Assembly: GCF_037042905.1 (NCBI RefSeq)
Contig: NC_087251.1
Location: 8,248,001 to 8,312,000, forward strand
Reading direction: 5' to 3'
Length of the DNA: 64,000 nucleotides
Origin: Lytechinus pictus
Lineage: Eukaryota
Of the stretch, positions 50,701-61,876 are shown piece by piece. Numbering within the stretch: the first letter of the stretch is position 1; each line of letters begins with the position of its first letter. A model generated the notes under the pieces. It did no database searches, was not told the origin of the DNA, and worked only from the letters and a program-made list of their open reading frames with translations. A program made the position numbers and the translations under genes.

Positions 50701-53700
50701 CAAGTCTACGGGGATTTTCGGTGGAAGAATCGGACGATGACTTGGTCGTGCGAGGTCGTGATGGGCTGCGATTGCGGCGAGTCCGTGAAGAGTGGCAGGC
50801 CCGACACGCGGTGCGATTTTGGAGCCCGGGCGTGGCGGATCCCGGGAGGAGATACGGTTCAACCGATCACCCCCCTCCGGGCTTGGAGTATTCATGTAAT
50901 AGATTATACAATTTGGCTTAATGATGTCCATGCATGAAATGTGAATTATTTGTTTAGCCATTTAATAGCACTATTTTCATCAATATTGCAGAAAGTAAGA
51001 AGAGGAAAGCCAAGGATTGGGCCCAGGATGACTATTATGATAGTGATGATGATACATTCCTGGACAGAACTGGAGCCATAGAGAAGAAGAGGAAACAACG
51101 GATGAAGAAAGCTGGAATTCTTCAAGAGAAGGCTGAGACATATGACTCTCTGGTAAGCGATGGCATGGTGTGATTAAGATTTATGGCATTAGACTGTCTA
51201 CACTATTGACACTAATATATGATATTTAGTGGAAGGTTGCTGATCACTTCCCATCATCCTTGTAAGTTCCAGTGTCTAAATCCTACTGACGCATGAATAA
51301 TGATAATGATAATGAAACATAGTTATATTATAATGCCAAATAAATTGCTGAATTGTATATATCTTTTCACAGCCCAGGAATGTTTGATAAATTTTATAAA
51401 TATTGAATGTGACAAGCATCGTTTTATTGTACTTCACCATTCTCGATAACAATTAATTCAATTTTATACAGATATTGCCTACCAGGCGAGCGTTTCATCA
51501 ACATTTTTGTCTGACGAGTTGTCAGATCTGACAACTTTCCTTGATTCTTATTGGCTGAGAAGTACTGTTACTGTGGTAATTGTCGGATAAAACAGGACAT
51601 GTCGGATAAAATCATTTCATGAAACGCTCCCCTGGTGGTTGAATATAACATTTAATTTCCCCTACATAGTTATATTTTACTAAGGGATTATACTTTGTGC
51701 AAAGGGAAAATATTCTCTTGAGGGGGAAAATATAGCTTTGGAGGGAGTTGAAATATTATTTATTAAACAGATAAACCAGACCATTGTTATATTATACAGT
51801 CTATATAGATTTACCATCATAATCTTTGTTGGCGTTATGGTAAACCTGTAATACTGGTTGCAGCTCTGATCCATCTATGTCATAATGAAAATACTGCAGG
51901 CGCGTGCTTCATGAAATCTATGCGTGCAAACTAGTGAGTACATCAAGCAAATTACCTAATTAGGCCGCTTTTAAGCAGTGAGTAATATCAAAACCTAGAA
52001 TGTAAAGTAGCAATCCTTGCAGCTATGATCACGTGATGGCGTATTGACCTATGACTGATTCAAGATCTACTTAACCTATGTAATATTTCTGTGTTTATTA
52101 CTTCTTAGCTTGCAAAGCTTGCAGAAGTGGATGCTGAGCTTGTAGCAACAGAAAAACAACTTGAAGAAGCAAAAAAGGGTAATACTAATAGAATGATATA
52201 TTGATTTTAGTTACCTTTTGTAACATTTATCCCATGCCCCAAAACAGTTTTTGACATTGTTAACAATTTGCCGTTGTTTATTTGTAGTCATGATATAGCA
52301 TTGTGTATTATTTAGAGTCACCAGCTTTATTGCTCTCTATATCGTATCACATGTTTGTAATAAAGTATATTTTTAATAGATTATCATTTTACAGGATATG
52401 AATTGTTATCCAAATCTACAAAGCTTTTCTGTACTTTCTGAAGAAGACAAAATGCATATAAGCAGGAATGCCATCAGAAAGTGAGAACAAAAATGTTTTT
52501 ACTAAGTCTCAGAATATGATGTTTTCTCGTACACTTATTCTGTCTGGTAATTTTTGGTAATACTGAAATACTGCTTAATTCCATCTGCCACATAATCATA
52601 AGATAGCTATTTAGATACCATTTACGCTCATATTTTTGCATTCCATCCATCCCGATTGTTATTTGATTATTTTTGTTTTCTATTTGTAGTACAACAAACA
52701 TCAGGAGAATCTGACACCTTGGATGATTTCATAGCAAGCTTAAAGGCTGGGGGTAGTTCACATGATAGAGCTCAGAGGGCTAAACTTAAATTCAAGGTGG
52801 TGGATCTTAGGAAGGAGCAGTTCAAACTACAGAAGTTAATCCAGCTGGCCAGACCTACCCATATTCCAGAGCCACCCAAGTGAGTATCATTGTTTCAGGT
52901 TTATTTCTCTATTCGCTTTAAAAAACATTTGTATTACATTAATACCTGAAAACAATATTGAGATAGATATATCAAAATATTCAAGGGGGATTAAAAAAAA
53001 ATATTCTCAATTGTGAATATTGTGGTAATTTCAAATATTAATTCACGGAATACTTGACAACTGAAAAAAGGAGAGCAATAATGCATAAAAGCAATGCTTG
53101 ATTGAATATCAATTAGTGGAATGCTTTTTTTTAATGCGACATCAGTTGACCGAAATTTGTCACTCTTGATTGTTAAATCATTATCTTTGCTGTATTTTCA
53201 GGTTGAATCCTCTTCCGAAAGGCAAGACTCTTTCCATGATAGGCTCCATGAAATCCAAATCAAATTTCAAAGAAAAATTCCAGCCAAAGGTAGGTTTAGA
53301 CTAGTAGACTACTTTAGTGACATTTTGAGTTCTTTGGTATTTTCTGTATGACTTATGTTCTCAATCCCAGATGTTTTAATATCGTCTTGGAGAGTATGGT
53401 TAAATGTGTGATTAATTTTGAATGGGATGGGTTTTTTTTTTTAATTATTATTATTATCATTCTAGTAAATAACAGTCATTATATTCTGATCTTGCCTAGC
53501 ATTCTTGTCTATAAGATTTCACATTGTTGATACTCCACATGTTTATCAAAGATTTAGCATGGGTTCCATTTAATATCTCACACTAGCAATGCCAGGTTCC
53601 CATTTACTTCACCTTAGTTGAGTGTGTCAAATGTAGATCAATGATGATCGATTTATAAAATCTTCATTATTGTTCCCTCTTTTTTTAAAATCAATTTTTG

Positions 53701-56700
53701 ATCCTGTTTTTATCTGTGAATTGCAGAATGAGAAATTGTTATTTTAAAATCTACAGTATTCATACAGTATTCTATATTAAATTGATCTACCCGGTAATTG
53801 AATATTAGCATTTTATTTAAGTGCAAAAATGCTCTGAGCACCTTGTTTTCATGCCCAGCATTCCTAAGATTGTACAGATCTAGGGTCTTTGTTGATTTCT
53901 TTATACACATCAGAACATGACTTAGTAATTACTTATGACAGTGTTGTTCTTGCATTAACACAACAATATGAGATTTTTCTTTTGATTAACTTCCTCAATC
54001 TTCCCTTTGTCCCTCTTTCTTACTACCACAAGATTCAAATAAATGCTTTTAAGTTAAAAAAGGAACCAGAAGAGGAGATGGAAGAAGAAGAGGAGGAAGA
54101 GAATGAAGGTAATTAGCACTTGAAAACGTTGTGGAATGTGGAACCACATCAAGAAAAGTAAATATTATGTAATAAATTCTGAATTAAGAAATCTAAATAT
54201 GATATATGATATTTCATTCTTCCAAAGTTGATGGTATGATGATGACACAGTTTTGGGCATCCGCTATCATTATATGAAATTGAAAAGGTTTTATTAAAAT
54301 TATTGCACTTTGCAGCCAAAAGGCTGAATTGCGTACAATTTACAGTTATATATACATAGAGTGTACAGATTTAAAAACATTAAACTTGAAATGATGACGA
54401 AAATATAATGCAACTTAATATATTATGTATACTTAAAGGAAAAGATGAAGTAAAAGAAAAATACAAACACTGAAAGGTGGTGGTGGTGGAAGGATGCTTA
54501 TTGATAAACATCTTAATTCAAACAATAAAAACTTAGTTTTAAGCAGGAACAACAACGAAAGACAGGAGGGTGTCTGGGGACGAGCGAGCAGTCAAGTTCA
54601 ATGCACAGCTCCAGCCAGGGATTGCCAATCCCACCACAACACCATTCAACCTGAGCAATGGAATTGGTTATTCAAATCCTTCGCTCAGGCAGAACTTTGT
54701 AGGGTCAGCTAACTTCACCGGAGCTATGCATTAATAGGGCCGACAAACAATCACTTTCAAAACAAAACACAATTCATACCACGCTCCTCATTCATCCAAC
54801 AACCATAAAGACATACCGTCGAACAACTGAACTAAACACCTTGCACTCATTAAGCATACGGATTTAAAAAAAAAGTATGTGGGGGGGGGGGGTGAGTGAT
54901 CGCTCGTCCCAAGAATCCGTCCTGCTCAAACCTGAAAACATTTACTTAAAGTATAAAGGATGACGTAGTTTGTAAAATAATATAAATGTCTTCCACCACT
55001 TATAGAAATTTTGATAAAAATGAGTGAAATATTGGGATAAAAAATCCAAACATCGTTTCCTTTTAGTTGTTACAATGTGAAATACATGCATTAAAATCAT
55101 TACTAAAACACCTGTAAACCTATTCAATTATGTTTGAGTTTAAAAAGTTCTAAAAATTGTAAAATTGTAAAATTTTCATCACAAGCTTATGAGCTAATAA
55201 TAATAATAATAAACAAATTGGTATCAGGCGCGATGTATTAGCATAACACAACTTGCACAGCAGAGGTTTGTATGTATATCAACCGGGTAACTAAATAACT
55301 AACTAGTCAAGATCTGAATGCCAGTAGCAGTCCTTCGGCGGAACCCCACAACCACCCGTCCCATACGGCGCATGCACCAAACCCGCCCAATCCTCCCACC
55401 CCTCGCTCTCTGTCACAAGAGCGAAATGTACGAGCGCCAGGCTCCCGTGAAAATACCACATGGGACCGGTGACCGTGGGTCTCCCCAACGCCCAGCAACC
55501 AACATTCAGATCCTGACTAAGGAACAATACAAGCTTATTTCAAGTTAACGTTTAGTAAATTTATAAAGTAAGGTAATGGACTGTTTAGAAAACGTTTGGT
55601 TTTACAATGAAATTGACGATATTTAGTTCTTCTCCTCAATGAGTAATCAACATCGTTGTTGATAGGTAGCCAATGGTTACAAAGTGGACTGTTGGCAAGG
55701 GATACAGCAAAGTTCATACACAATTGTTTTCGTCTTTCAGATAAAGATTGTAAAGAACACACTTCTAAAGCATCAGACATGAAGACATGTTTTCAGTTTG
55801 TCTGTCATTTGATGATGTTTTCTTTTGCAACCACAAATGTTTGGCTTAAAATTACACTATTCAGGATAATGAAAGCATTTGAAAATGTGACAAGGTGAAT
55901 GTGTGTAAATTATAGAGCTGACGATAGATGAGGCTTTCTACATTTCAACTGTGTATAGATGAGAAACCATCTCATTATTTTTGAAGTTTTGCACTTAAGA
56001 TTTTTTTTCAAGTAATTAGGGAAAAGAATTATTCTTGAAATGTAATCCATTTTCTCAAGACATTTCAGTAGTTATCAACTGTAAATGTATTATTTATCAT
56101 TTGAAGGTCAAATATTCAGGTCTGTAAATGTAGGAGTCAAAATATCTTTTTGAGAAATGGAGAGTGTTACACAATGGTTTTCAATCAATGACATATACTT
56201 TATTCAACTATTCTGATTGGTGGAAAGTGGGTATGTTGAACAAATTAGGCATGCAACTGCAAATTTGAATGGTCATTGCAAGTCTTATGATTGATCAAGA
56301 CTTGTATGATGCCCAGTGGTTTGTAGAATGGAGTGTAACATGATTTGATCATCAAAGTTGTCTTCATATTTATTTCCTTGTTTATTAGATGCTGGTGAAA
56401 ATGCAGATGCAGGCATCAAGAATCAGAGTGCTCAAACAAAGCAGGTGAGTACTCTCTTCAAGAACTACATTCTAAAATGTTCACTTGGTACATGAGTGTG
56501 TATAACTGTAGCTTGGCTTGAAGCCAGGGTAATTACGCTGCATTTATTATAGAATGCTCTTATAAAGACCTTAGGCGTTATGTAAGCAAGCATAGTTTGA
56601 AAGTTTACAAAGAGGTTTTAGATGTATCACTCCAATGTTTATTCACCTTTTACCAACTCGGTTCTTTTCTATGGTCCTATCAGGTTTCATTAGAGAATAA

Positions 56701-59700
56701 AAGTGATGAGATTGTAGCACCCAACGAGGGAGAGGATGACTCTCAGTCAGCTCAGACTCAGAGAATGTATGGAGTAACAATGCCTCCATCATCATCATCG
56801 CCATCATCCAAGGAGATGAACTCTATCAATAAGATGGATACGGCTACAGAGAAGTCAGTATCTCCGCCCAAACGAGTATATGGTGTAGCTTTGCCCCCAT
56901 CAATGACGGGGGAGAAATCAAGAGATACTGTGGAAGAGGAAGATGTAGTCCCTGTGAAATCTAAAAGGATGTATGGACCAGCTATGCCACCACCAAGCAT
57001 ACAGGATACCACAGGTATTGAAGGTGGGATCATTTCTTGCCCTGGTTTCCATCTCTTTGACTTGAAAGTGGAGGGAATATGTAAGCATGAGGGAAATTGC
57101 TGGCAAAACTACTCAGACTCTGGGCTTCATTTCATAAAAACTTACTATTATGGTAACACTACTTTGTGATTTTGATGAGCTGCTGAGCCCTGTTACTTTG
57201 GTATAGAATAGTGGCAAAGTTCTATGAGATTAAGTTTTAATACAACCAGATCCAAGAGCATATACACTACATAATATGAACGCTTGATAGATATGAATTT
57301 CACTAAAGCAGCAAATGTATAGTAGTGGTCACACCACCAGAACTTTGCTGGAGCGGACCTTGAATGGAAGGGAGAGGGGGTCGAATTTCGAAAACACTCA
57401 TCACCGCGCGCTAAATGGGAAAAAAAATGAAAACACAGGCGTTTCTTAAGTGGTGCACTGCTGAAGACGCCGTTGCTTTAGCGTTGGTTTAGCGGTGACA
57501 CCTCCATCCCAAAACCAAACCAAAGTTCATCACCGCAATGGATCGCTGCTTCAACGCCTGACACCGTTCCAGCAATCCGCTGTACGCTCATAAAATGCAT
57601 ACAACCACTTTACCAAAGCTTTCAAGATTTCTGCGTTGGCCTAGAGGACCCAAGCGTCCACAAACTTGCATCTAGCGGTGCCAAACTTTGACTGGGCGTT
57701 GTTGGAGTGGGGGTGAACTTTTCGGGAGCAGAAAATTGCCCGCTCTCACTGCTTGCAATATTTTGTGCAGCTCAAAACTTTTGGAGCAGTAAGAGGGACC
57801 ATCAGCTGTGACTGAGCATGTGCTGTTTTATAGCCTTATTAAAGGTGGTCAAATTCTATTAAACGGTGGTGCACAGTAATGAGCAGTGATTAATTTTATT
57901 TCACCGCGCCAGCAAAGTTCTGGTGGTGTGACCACTACTTTATTGAAAAATTGCTGACATTACTTCTTGCCTGTTAATATTTATTGTCAAAGCAGAAATA
58001 GAGTTGTGATGTTGCTGTGGAATTTTGTGTGTGTTGCTTTTTGTCTCGCCTGCATAGCAGAGCGAGACTATAGGCGCCACTTTTCAGACAGCGATGGCGG
58101 CATTGTTAACATTGAAACCTTAACCAAGGTTAAGTTTTTGAAATGTCATCATAACCTAAAAAGTATATGGACCTAGTTCATGAAACTTAGACATAAGGGT
58201 AATCAAGTATCACTGAAGATCCTGCCTGAGTTTCAGGTCACATGATTAAGATCAGAGGTCACTTATGGTCAACAAACTTCAGCCATGTTGGAGTTATTTG
58301 AGGAATTGTCATAACTCTAAAAGTTTTTGGATCTAGTTCATGAAACTTGGACATAAGAGCAACTTGTATCCCTGAATATCATGTGTGAGTTTCAGGTCAC
58401 ATGATTAAGGTCAAAGGTCACGGTCAATAAATTTTGGCTATGTTGGGGTCATTTGAGGAATTGTCATCATAACTTTAATAGATTATGGATCTTGTTCATG
58501 AAACTTGGACATAAGAACAATCAAGTAACCTTGAACATCCTGAGCGAGTTTCAGGTCACATGACCAAGATCAAAGGTCATTTAAAGGTCAAACTTTGGTC
58601 ATGTTGGGAATATGTGTTGAATTGGCGTCATAACTTAGAAAGTTTATTGATCTAGCAAATGAAACATCAACATAAGGGTAATCAAGTATAAATTATTGTT
58701 TTGCACATGTCTTAGCTCACATGATCATGGTCAAAGGTCATTTTGGGTCAATGGACATATTTTATTATCATATTAGTGTTTTCTTCTGTGAATAATTATT
58801 CATTAGCTGTTTTCAAAGGCAGCACTGCTGCTATATTGAATTGCATAATGCAGGCAAGACTGCCAGAGGCGTTCCACTTGTTTTTAATACTAATTGCTCA
58901 ATAACTACATTCATCAAAATGTTGATGCATATTGTTTGCCAATGTTTGACTTCTTAATTTACAACAAATAGATATTGATGATGTATGTTTTGCACAAAAT
59001 CACTCATGTTCTTGAACTTGTCAATTCCTATGTGCTGTGATGAATGGAGATTGTGCAATCTTTTTCATTTGTAGAAAAGAGACTGGTAAAAGGTCCTTCT
59101 CGGGGGCCAAGTAAGGCAGAGTATATGGAGCAATATGGAGGAGATGGGTTTAATCATCAGTCTGTTGGAGGTATGTTGACATCATTGAGGGATAATGAAG
59201 GAGAGAAGATGGAAAAAGAAGGTGAAGATTACACAGATTGGCAGCCTCCTGCTGGTATGTATACACCAATCATCAAGTCTTCATTGTTACCAATTCATTA
59301 TCAATACCAAATAAAACACTATTATATCATCATTACAAAATCATTATAATAATAATGATGATTTTAATAATCTGGATATTTATGATATGCTTTAGACATA
59401 CTGTTTCCATATTGAAGTGCTTTTTAATACAGATTTGGTATCACCCTGGTCATCAAATTTCAATTCAATTTTATTGATATTTATTGCCATACCATAAAAC
59501 GAGACTTGGGTCTTGAAGTCAATTCTGAAATGTCATATAGTGTTTGTCATTATATTACATGGAAATAGCTCTTCGTTACAATATCTCAACCATATCGCTT
59601 GTTTGAGATCCATTATGTTGTGTCATTTGCATTAATGCTTGGCAAACCTTGTTAGGTATACATGCATATGTATAGGTATATAATTATTTGATGTCTATAA

Positions 59701-59790
59701 TGATGAAAATTTCTGTCATTCCCTTAACTTTTATCCTCAGATCAAAAAGGAGATGGACGGACCTCACTGAATGAAAAGCTAGGGTATTGA
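30666..59790 (+). CDS. SLC4A1AP: Kanadaptin / SLC4A1 adaptor protein (FHA domain, dsRBD-like domain, coiled coil), 14 exons, ~940 aa
   Basis: Exons: 30666-31772, 33364-33529, 35139-35273, 35898-35967, 47756-47898, 50992-51152, 52109-52178, 52690-52879, 53202-53289, 54033-54108, 56389-56444, 56684-57014, 59075-59254, 59741-59790 (TGA). Total 2823 nt, divisible by 3, all GT-AG. Motifs: [53 protein letters not shown] (FHA), [76 protein letters not shown], and C-terminal [21 protein letters not shown]. The start ATG is the first in-frame ATG (AAACATGGC context). Confidence 0.94.
31990..32294. repeat. 38-bp minisatellite, 8 copies
   Basis: Unit aataaattaatgtaggcctatgtaatagagtttcactc. Seven identical copies; the last has a 2-nt deletion. 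No spacers. Confidence 0.95.
33555..34629. mobile_element. hAT-like non-autonomous element with internal GCTCGCGCTTCGCGCTCGCATT repeats
   Basis: TIR CAGG(C/G)GC(G/A)GATCCAG, possible 5-bp TSD ACTC(G/C), and about 7 dispersed copies of the internal motif. Starts 25 nt after the exon 2 donor. Confidence 0.75.
38819..38969. mobile_element. Palindromic MITE, preceded by a perfect 19-bp-stem hairpin (38776-38817)
   Basis: tacctcggtcacatttgctctacggcg / cgccgtagaacaaatgtgctcgaggta, with inner arms ggcgagtcgaaaacagccgtttta / taaaacggctgttttcgactcgcc. Confidence 0.7.
39450..40422 (+). mobile_element. Helentron/DINE-1-like (HINE) element with ~157-bp internal tandem array, 5'-truncated
   Basis: About 6 units (starts ~39450, 39607, 39739 partial, 39883, 40039, 40201), each with AGGTCAAAGGTCA or a close variant. 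The 3' end gggctagacacaaaatcgcttttgccttgtttt resembles the end of the 58038 element. Confidence 0.65.
40853..41058 (-). repeat. Split direct repeat A2 (matches A1 at 46758-46852 + 47449-47559)
   Basis: gtgacgaagagaacaagctagaatg...aaccgtaccgcaggtaaat occurs twice, near-identical. Confidence 0.95.
41062..41190 (-). repeat. Split direct repeat B1 (matches B2 at 40464-40591)
   Basis: agtctgttctataatttctgtaaaatcc...gacgactag occurs twice and contains (CATT)n. B1 abuts A2 with a 3-nt linker. Confidence 0.95.
41817..42851 (-). CDS. Tyrosine recombinase ORF of the DIRS/PAT retrotransposon (open, ~344 aa)
   Basis: Catalytic R-K-HxxR-[H/W]-Y set present: [43 protein letters not shown]-terminal helical core-binding region (HVALYIS..YSIKWAH..DPT). 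Lies just after the RT/RH/MT ORF. Confidence 0.92.
   Translation of the reverse strand: MFFFYMNTGLNVKEVISDLLHDTGVKSPNLEKLMGVMASQLIGARSEGTSSKYMAALKKGSIFISSEGGKAMPAEPIHVALYISSLIDKGSSVSVIQSALYSIKWAHSISGMSDPTDNAFVKNLLESAKRLNARPVIKKDIVTSDQIVELCDKYEDSSDVLVWRDLAFIVISYTGFLRFDEVQSLKVSDIVFNESFVSVNVHKSKTDQYRRGNEVLISRGHSSACPIKVLRKYIDLAGIAESSDHYLFKPGYCNKEKRCLVKKNKKISYTRAREMVVDRMTEVCGQANLGLHSLRAGGATAAARASVPDRLWKRHGRWRSENAKDGYVDDSISHKLLVTKSLNL
43128..44062. mobile_element. Non-autonomous TTAA-targeting TIR element (Kolobok-like) inserted in the MT domain
   Basis: Perfect 14-bp TIR GGACGTTCCACAGT and TTAA TSD (43124-43127, 44063-44066). Purine-start termini suggest Kolobok rather than piggyBac. Excision restores [12 protein letters not shown] in frame. 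Confidence 0.88.
45432..45659. mobile_element. 228-bp MITE with CAGG termini and 6-bp TSD (hAT-like) inserted in the RT N-terminus
   Basis: TIR CAGGCATGA(C/A)AATT; TSD CTTGTT (45426-45431, 45660-45665). Excision restores [21 protein letters not shown] in frame. Confidence 0.88.
46020..46746 (-). pseudogene. gag-like ORF1 with CCHC zinc knuckle, frameshifted
   Basis: Three overlapping ORF pieces (46432-46773, 46196-46423, 45862-46236) read [16 protein letters not shown] / [39 protein letters not shown] / [14 protein letters not shown]. The ATG at 46746 lies immediately inside repeat A1. Confidence 0.82.
46853..47444. mobile_element. Kolobok-like MITE inserted in split repeat A1
   Basis: TIR AGG(T/A)CAAGTCCACCCC with long imperfect subterminal inverted segments; TTAA TSD. 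The intact A2 copy shows the empty site (gcacttTTAActac). Related copies at 49689-50226 and ~6240-6484. Confidence 0.9.
49022..49174. mobile_element. Palindromic MITE with 3-bp TSD, nested in the Helitron
   Basis: ~50-bp arms gccgtagttgcgatatggact..gttagcgatca..atgtgaacctgcc; GAA on both flanks. Confidence 0.8.
49689..50226. mobile_element. Diverged Kolobok-like MITE (relative of 46853-47444), nested in the Helitron
   Basis: aggagaagtccacccc ... gcacttgacct-TTAA, with shared internal motifs (tttgcata, atataactgttttgtg). Confidence 0.6.
51485..51631. mobile_element. Small Harbinger-like MITE
   Basis: gagcgtttcatcaa / ttcatgaaacgctc inverted ends with CAG/CTG flanks. Confidence 0.6.
54283..55780 (-). 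mobile_element. 5'-truncated CR1-group LINE (ORF2 C-terminus plus ~1.25-kb 3'UTR)
   Basis: ORF 55535-55780: [41 protein letters not shown]. 3' end gcaattcagccttttggctgc stem-loop followed by AATAAA. Confidence 0.78.
57321..57939. mobile_element. MITE with 31-bp perfect TIRs
   Basis: AGTAGTGGTCACACCACCAGAACTTTGCTGG is inverted at both ends. TSD not clean and superfamily unassigned. Confidence 0.82.
58038..58885 (+). mobile_element. Complete Helentron/DINE-1-like (HINE) element with ~140-bp internal tandem repeats
   Basis: T-rich flanks; subTIRs gtctcgcctgcat / atgcaggcaagac; short 5' inverted repeat (gtctcgc..gcgagac); about 4-5 tandem units; 3' end ccagaggcgttccacttgttttt. Confidence 0.82.
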
Positions 59791-60243
59791 CCATTTTGGA
59801 AAAAAGGAATTTTAATCCCTTTCCTTCTGCCATACATTGACAAAAGTAGGCTAATGACAGAAGATATGTCTTGTGAAAAGGAAAGATGTGTGCATCATTT
59901 ACACCAGCAGTACCCTTATATCTTGCCTAATATAGCTACTGGGAAGTTTTGTTACAGGATGGTAACTTAGAAGATGGTAGCTCAGAAAAACGTTGTTTCT
60001 ACTCAAACAGTCCCTCTGCATAAACACAAACACAAATCTATCTTCAGGTTCTTCATGACATTATTCATATAGAATAGTGTCCATTCTGTGGAGAAGAAAA
60101 CCCAAGCAATGCACTATATGTGTATGGGTATAACGTTGGCTGGCGCATGTGGTGTTCAAACGTAATAGCATTGATTTTAATTGTTCTCCCTAGATCTTCC
60201 AATCTCCCATCCATAAGTGAAGATACATAGACACATATATATA

Positions 60244-61229
60244 CAGTGCGTATCAGAAAAAAGTTTACACTTAGAAAAAGTCCTGTAAAATTATATATTT
60301 GTAATATCCTGAAGATTTTTCCACATTTTAACATTGTTACAGATCTATTCAAGCAAATGACGATATAACTGTCGAAAAATATTTCCGCTTGAGTGAGCAC
60401 CACTTACTTTTGAAAAGTTAGTAAAAAATGATTTGCGCAGAACTTTGAAATAGTTATGCGAATAAAAGTTGACCTTAATCATGAAGAACACATGGACTTT
60501 AGCTAGAAAAATTGATCTGAAGATATCTTTTACCTTTTTTAACTTGTTCTTTGCCCAAAACACTTTGAAGAGTGCCATTGCGCCCCACCCCACTCCCCCA
60601 CACACTGAGGCCATCATGGCCATTGTGACGATATTTGCTTTACACTGAGCTGTGATTTACATGAATTGGCTTAGGCTTGATTTTCATTTTGTTAATCATC
60701 GTCAAGCTTGGGAAAAGTGTGGAGAAACAAGTATTAAATGAAAAATGAAATGTTAACCCACTTTACAGGATAAAAACTTAGTGAAAAATGTTGGAGATGT
60801 CTGATGTAAGCTTTTATTTTATGTCCTCAGATCCAGCTGGCACAAAAAGGGTAAAAGTTGTGCTTACTAAGTGTTAACATTTTATGTTGGGTGGCAAAAT
60901 GGTTACAAAATGCTTGCATGCATCCGTTTTATTTCAATTTACTCAAAGTGCAAGGGAAATGTATGAGAAATGTTTCGCAGGGTAAGTTTGATTTCGCCTT
61001 TTCACCTTGACACATCGTGAAAACGAGCACTTCTGCGCAAACAGATTTCTGCGAGCTTTACAAAAATGGACAGTGCTCACCCAAGTATAACATTCTGTCA
61101 AAATTTTTACTTTCATTGGATAGATGAGACCCAAACCCAAGAATATATGTGAAAAAATTACCCACATGTTGTATATTTTTGAATTGCCAGGGCTTTTTCA
61201 GAGTGTAAACTTTTTTTTGATACGCACTG
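60244..61229. mobile_element. Tc1/mariner-type non-autonomous element
   Basis: TIR CAGTGCGTATCA(G/A)AAAAAAGTTTACACT with TA TSD on both sides. Confidence 0.88.
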
Positions 61230-61440
61230 TATAAGATGTTAAGATCAGCAATGTTAAAAAAATATCAATATGATAAATATATCAGTTGGCATTTGTAGGG
61301 TAGAACTGGTATTGCATAATCTGAAGTGGATTTATGATCTATGAAATTTATAAGTTTGTAATCCAAATATCCAATATCTGTTGGTCACTGTCCACCCAAA
61401 TACGGTACGTAAATTACCCATTATTTAGTGGGCATTTGAA

Positions 61441-61740
61441 TGATAATAATAAAAATAATTGGCATTTATATAGCGCTTTATCAATCTACGACTATTCAAA
61501 GCGCTTCACAATTATTATTACCCGGTCACTGGATTCATAGCATGTCAAGCAGCCTGTTAGGCGCACACTTGCTAAACCAACCACAATGACAGTTGTTTCC
61601 TACCGGTACCCAATTAGCACCTGGGTGAGAGTGGCAAAGTGTGGATTGACGCCTTGCCAAAGGGCGCTAGGCCATGGTGGGATTCGAACACACAACCCTC
61701 TGATTACAAGGCGAGATTCAGAACTGCTACACCATGATGC
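61441..61740 (-). mobile_element. Full-length tRNA-derived SINE with L2-type tail
   Basis: Minus strand: A box TGGTGTAGCAG, B box GTTCGAATCC, central CTCACCCAGGTGCTAATTGGGTACC (Meta/V-domain-like), tail AAGCGCTTTGAA..AGCGCTATATAAATGC followed by (ATT)n. Confidence 0.85.
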
Positions 61741-61876
61741 TTGAACTCCAAACCAGACAGCCTAGCTGGGTAATCATCAGTGATATTTAAGAGCAGTCTG
61801 TCAAAAGTACTTCAAATAACTATTGTTGATTACAAAAGGATTAAGACCATTAACGATGCTACTTAATTTGACCTGA

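Larger units (their letters stand above)
48220..50903 (-). mobile_element. Non-autonomous Helitron (~2.7 kb) in kanadaptin intron 5
   Basis: Minus strand starts TCTATTAC (50903). It ends with hairpin CCCGTGGAATTTCCACGGG followed by CTCTG-CTAG (48220), inserted between host A and T with no TSD. The 3' end is strong; the 5' end is probable. Confidence 0.75.

Noticed and set aside
51660..52085. Possible third asymmetric-repeat/hairpin element (tacatagtta ... taacctatgta)
   Set aside because: Inverted match is short and imperfect and the hairpin could not be rebuilt.
61670..61740. tRNA gene
   Set aside because: A/B boxes are followed by a SINE body and L2-like tail; no complete cloverleaf or Pol III terminator.
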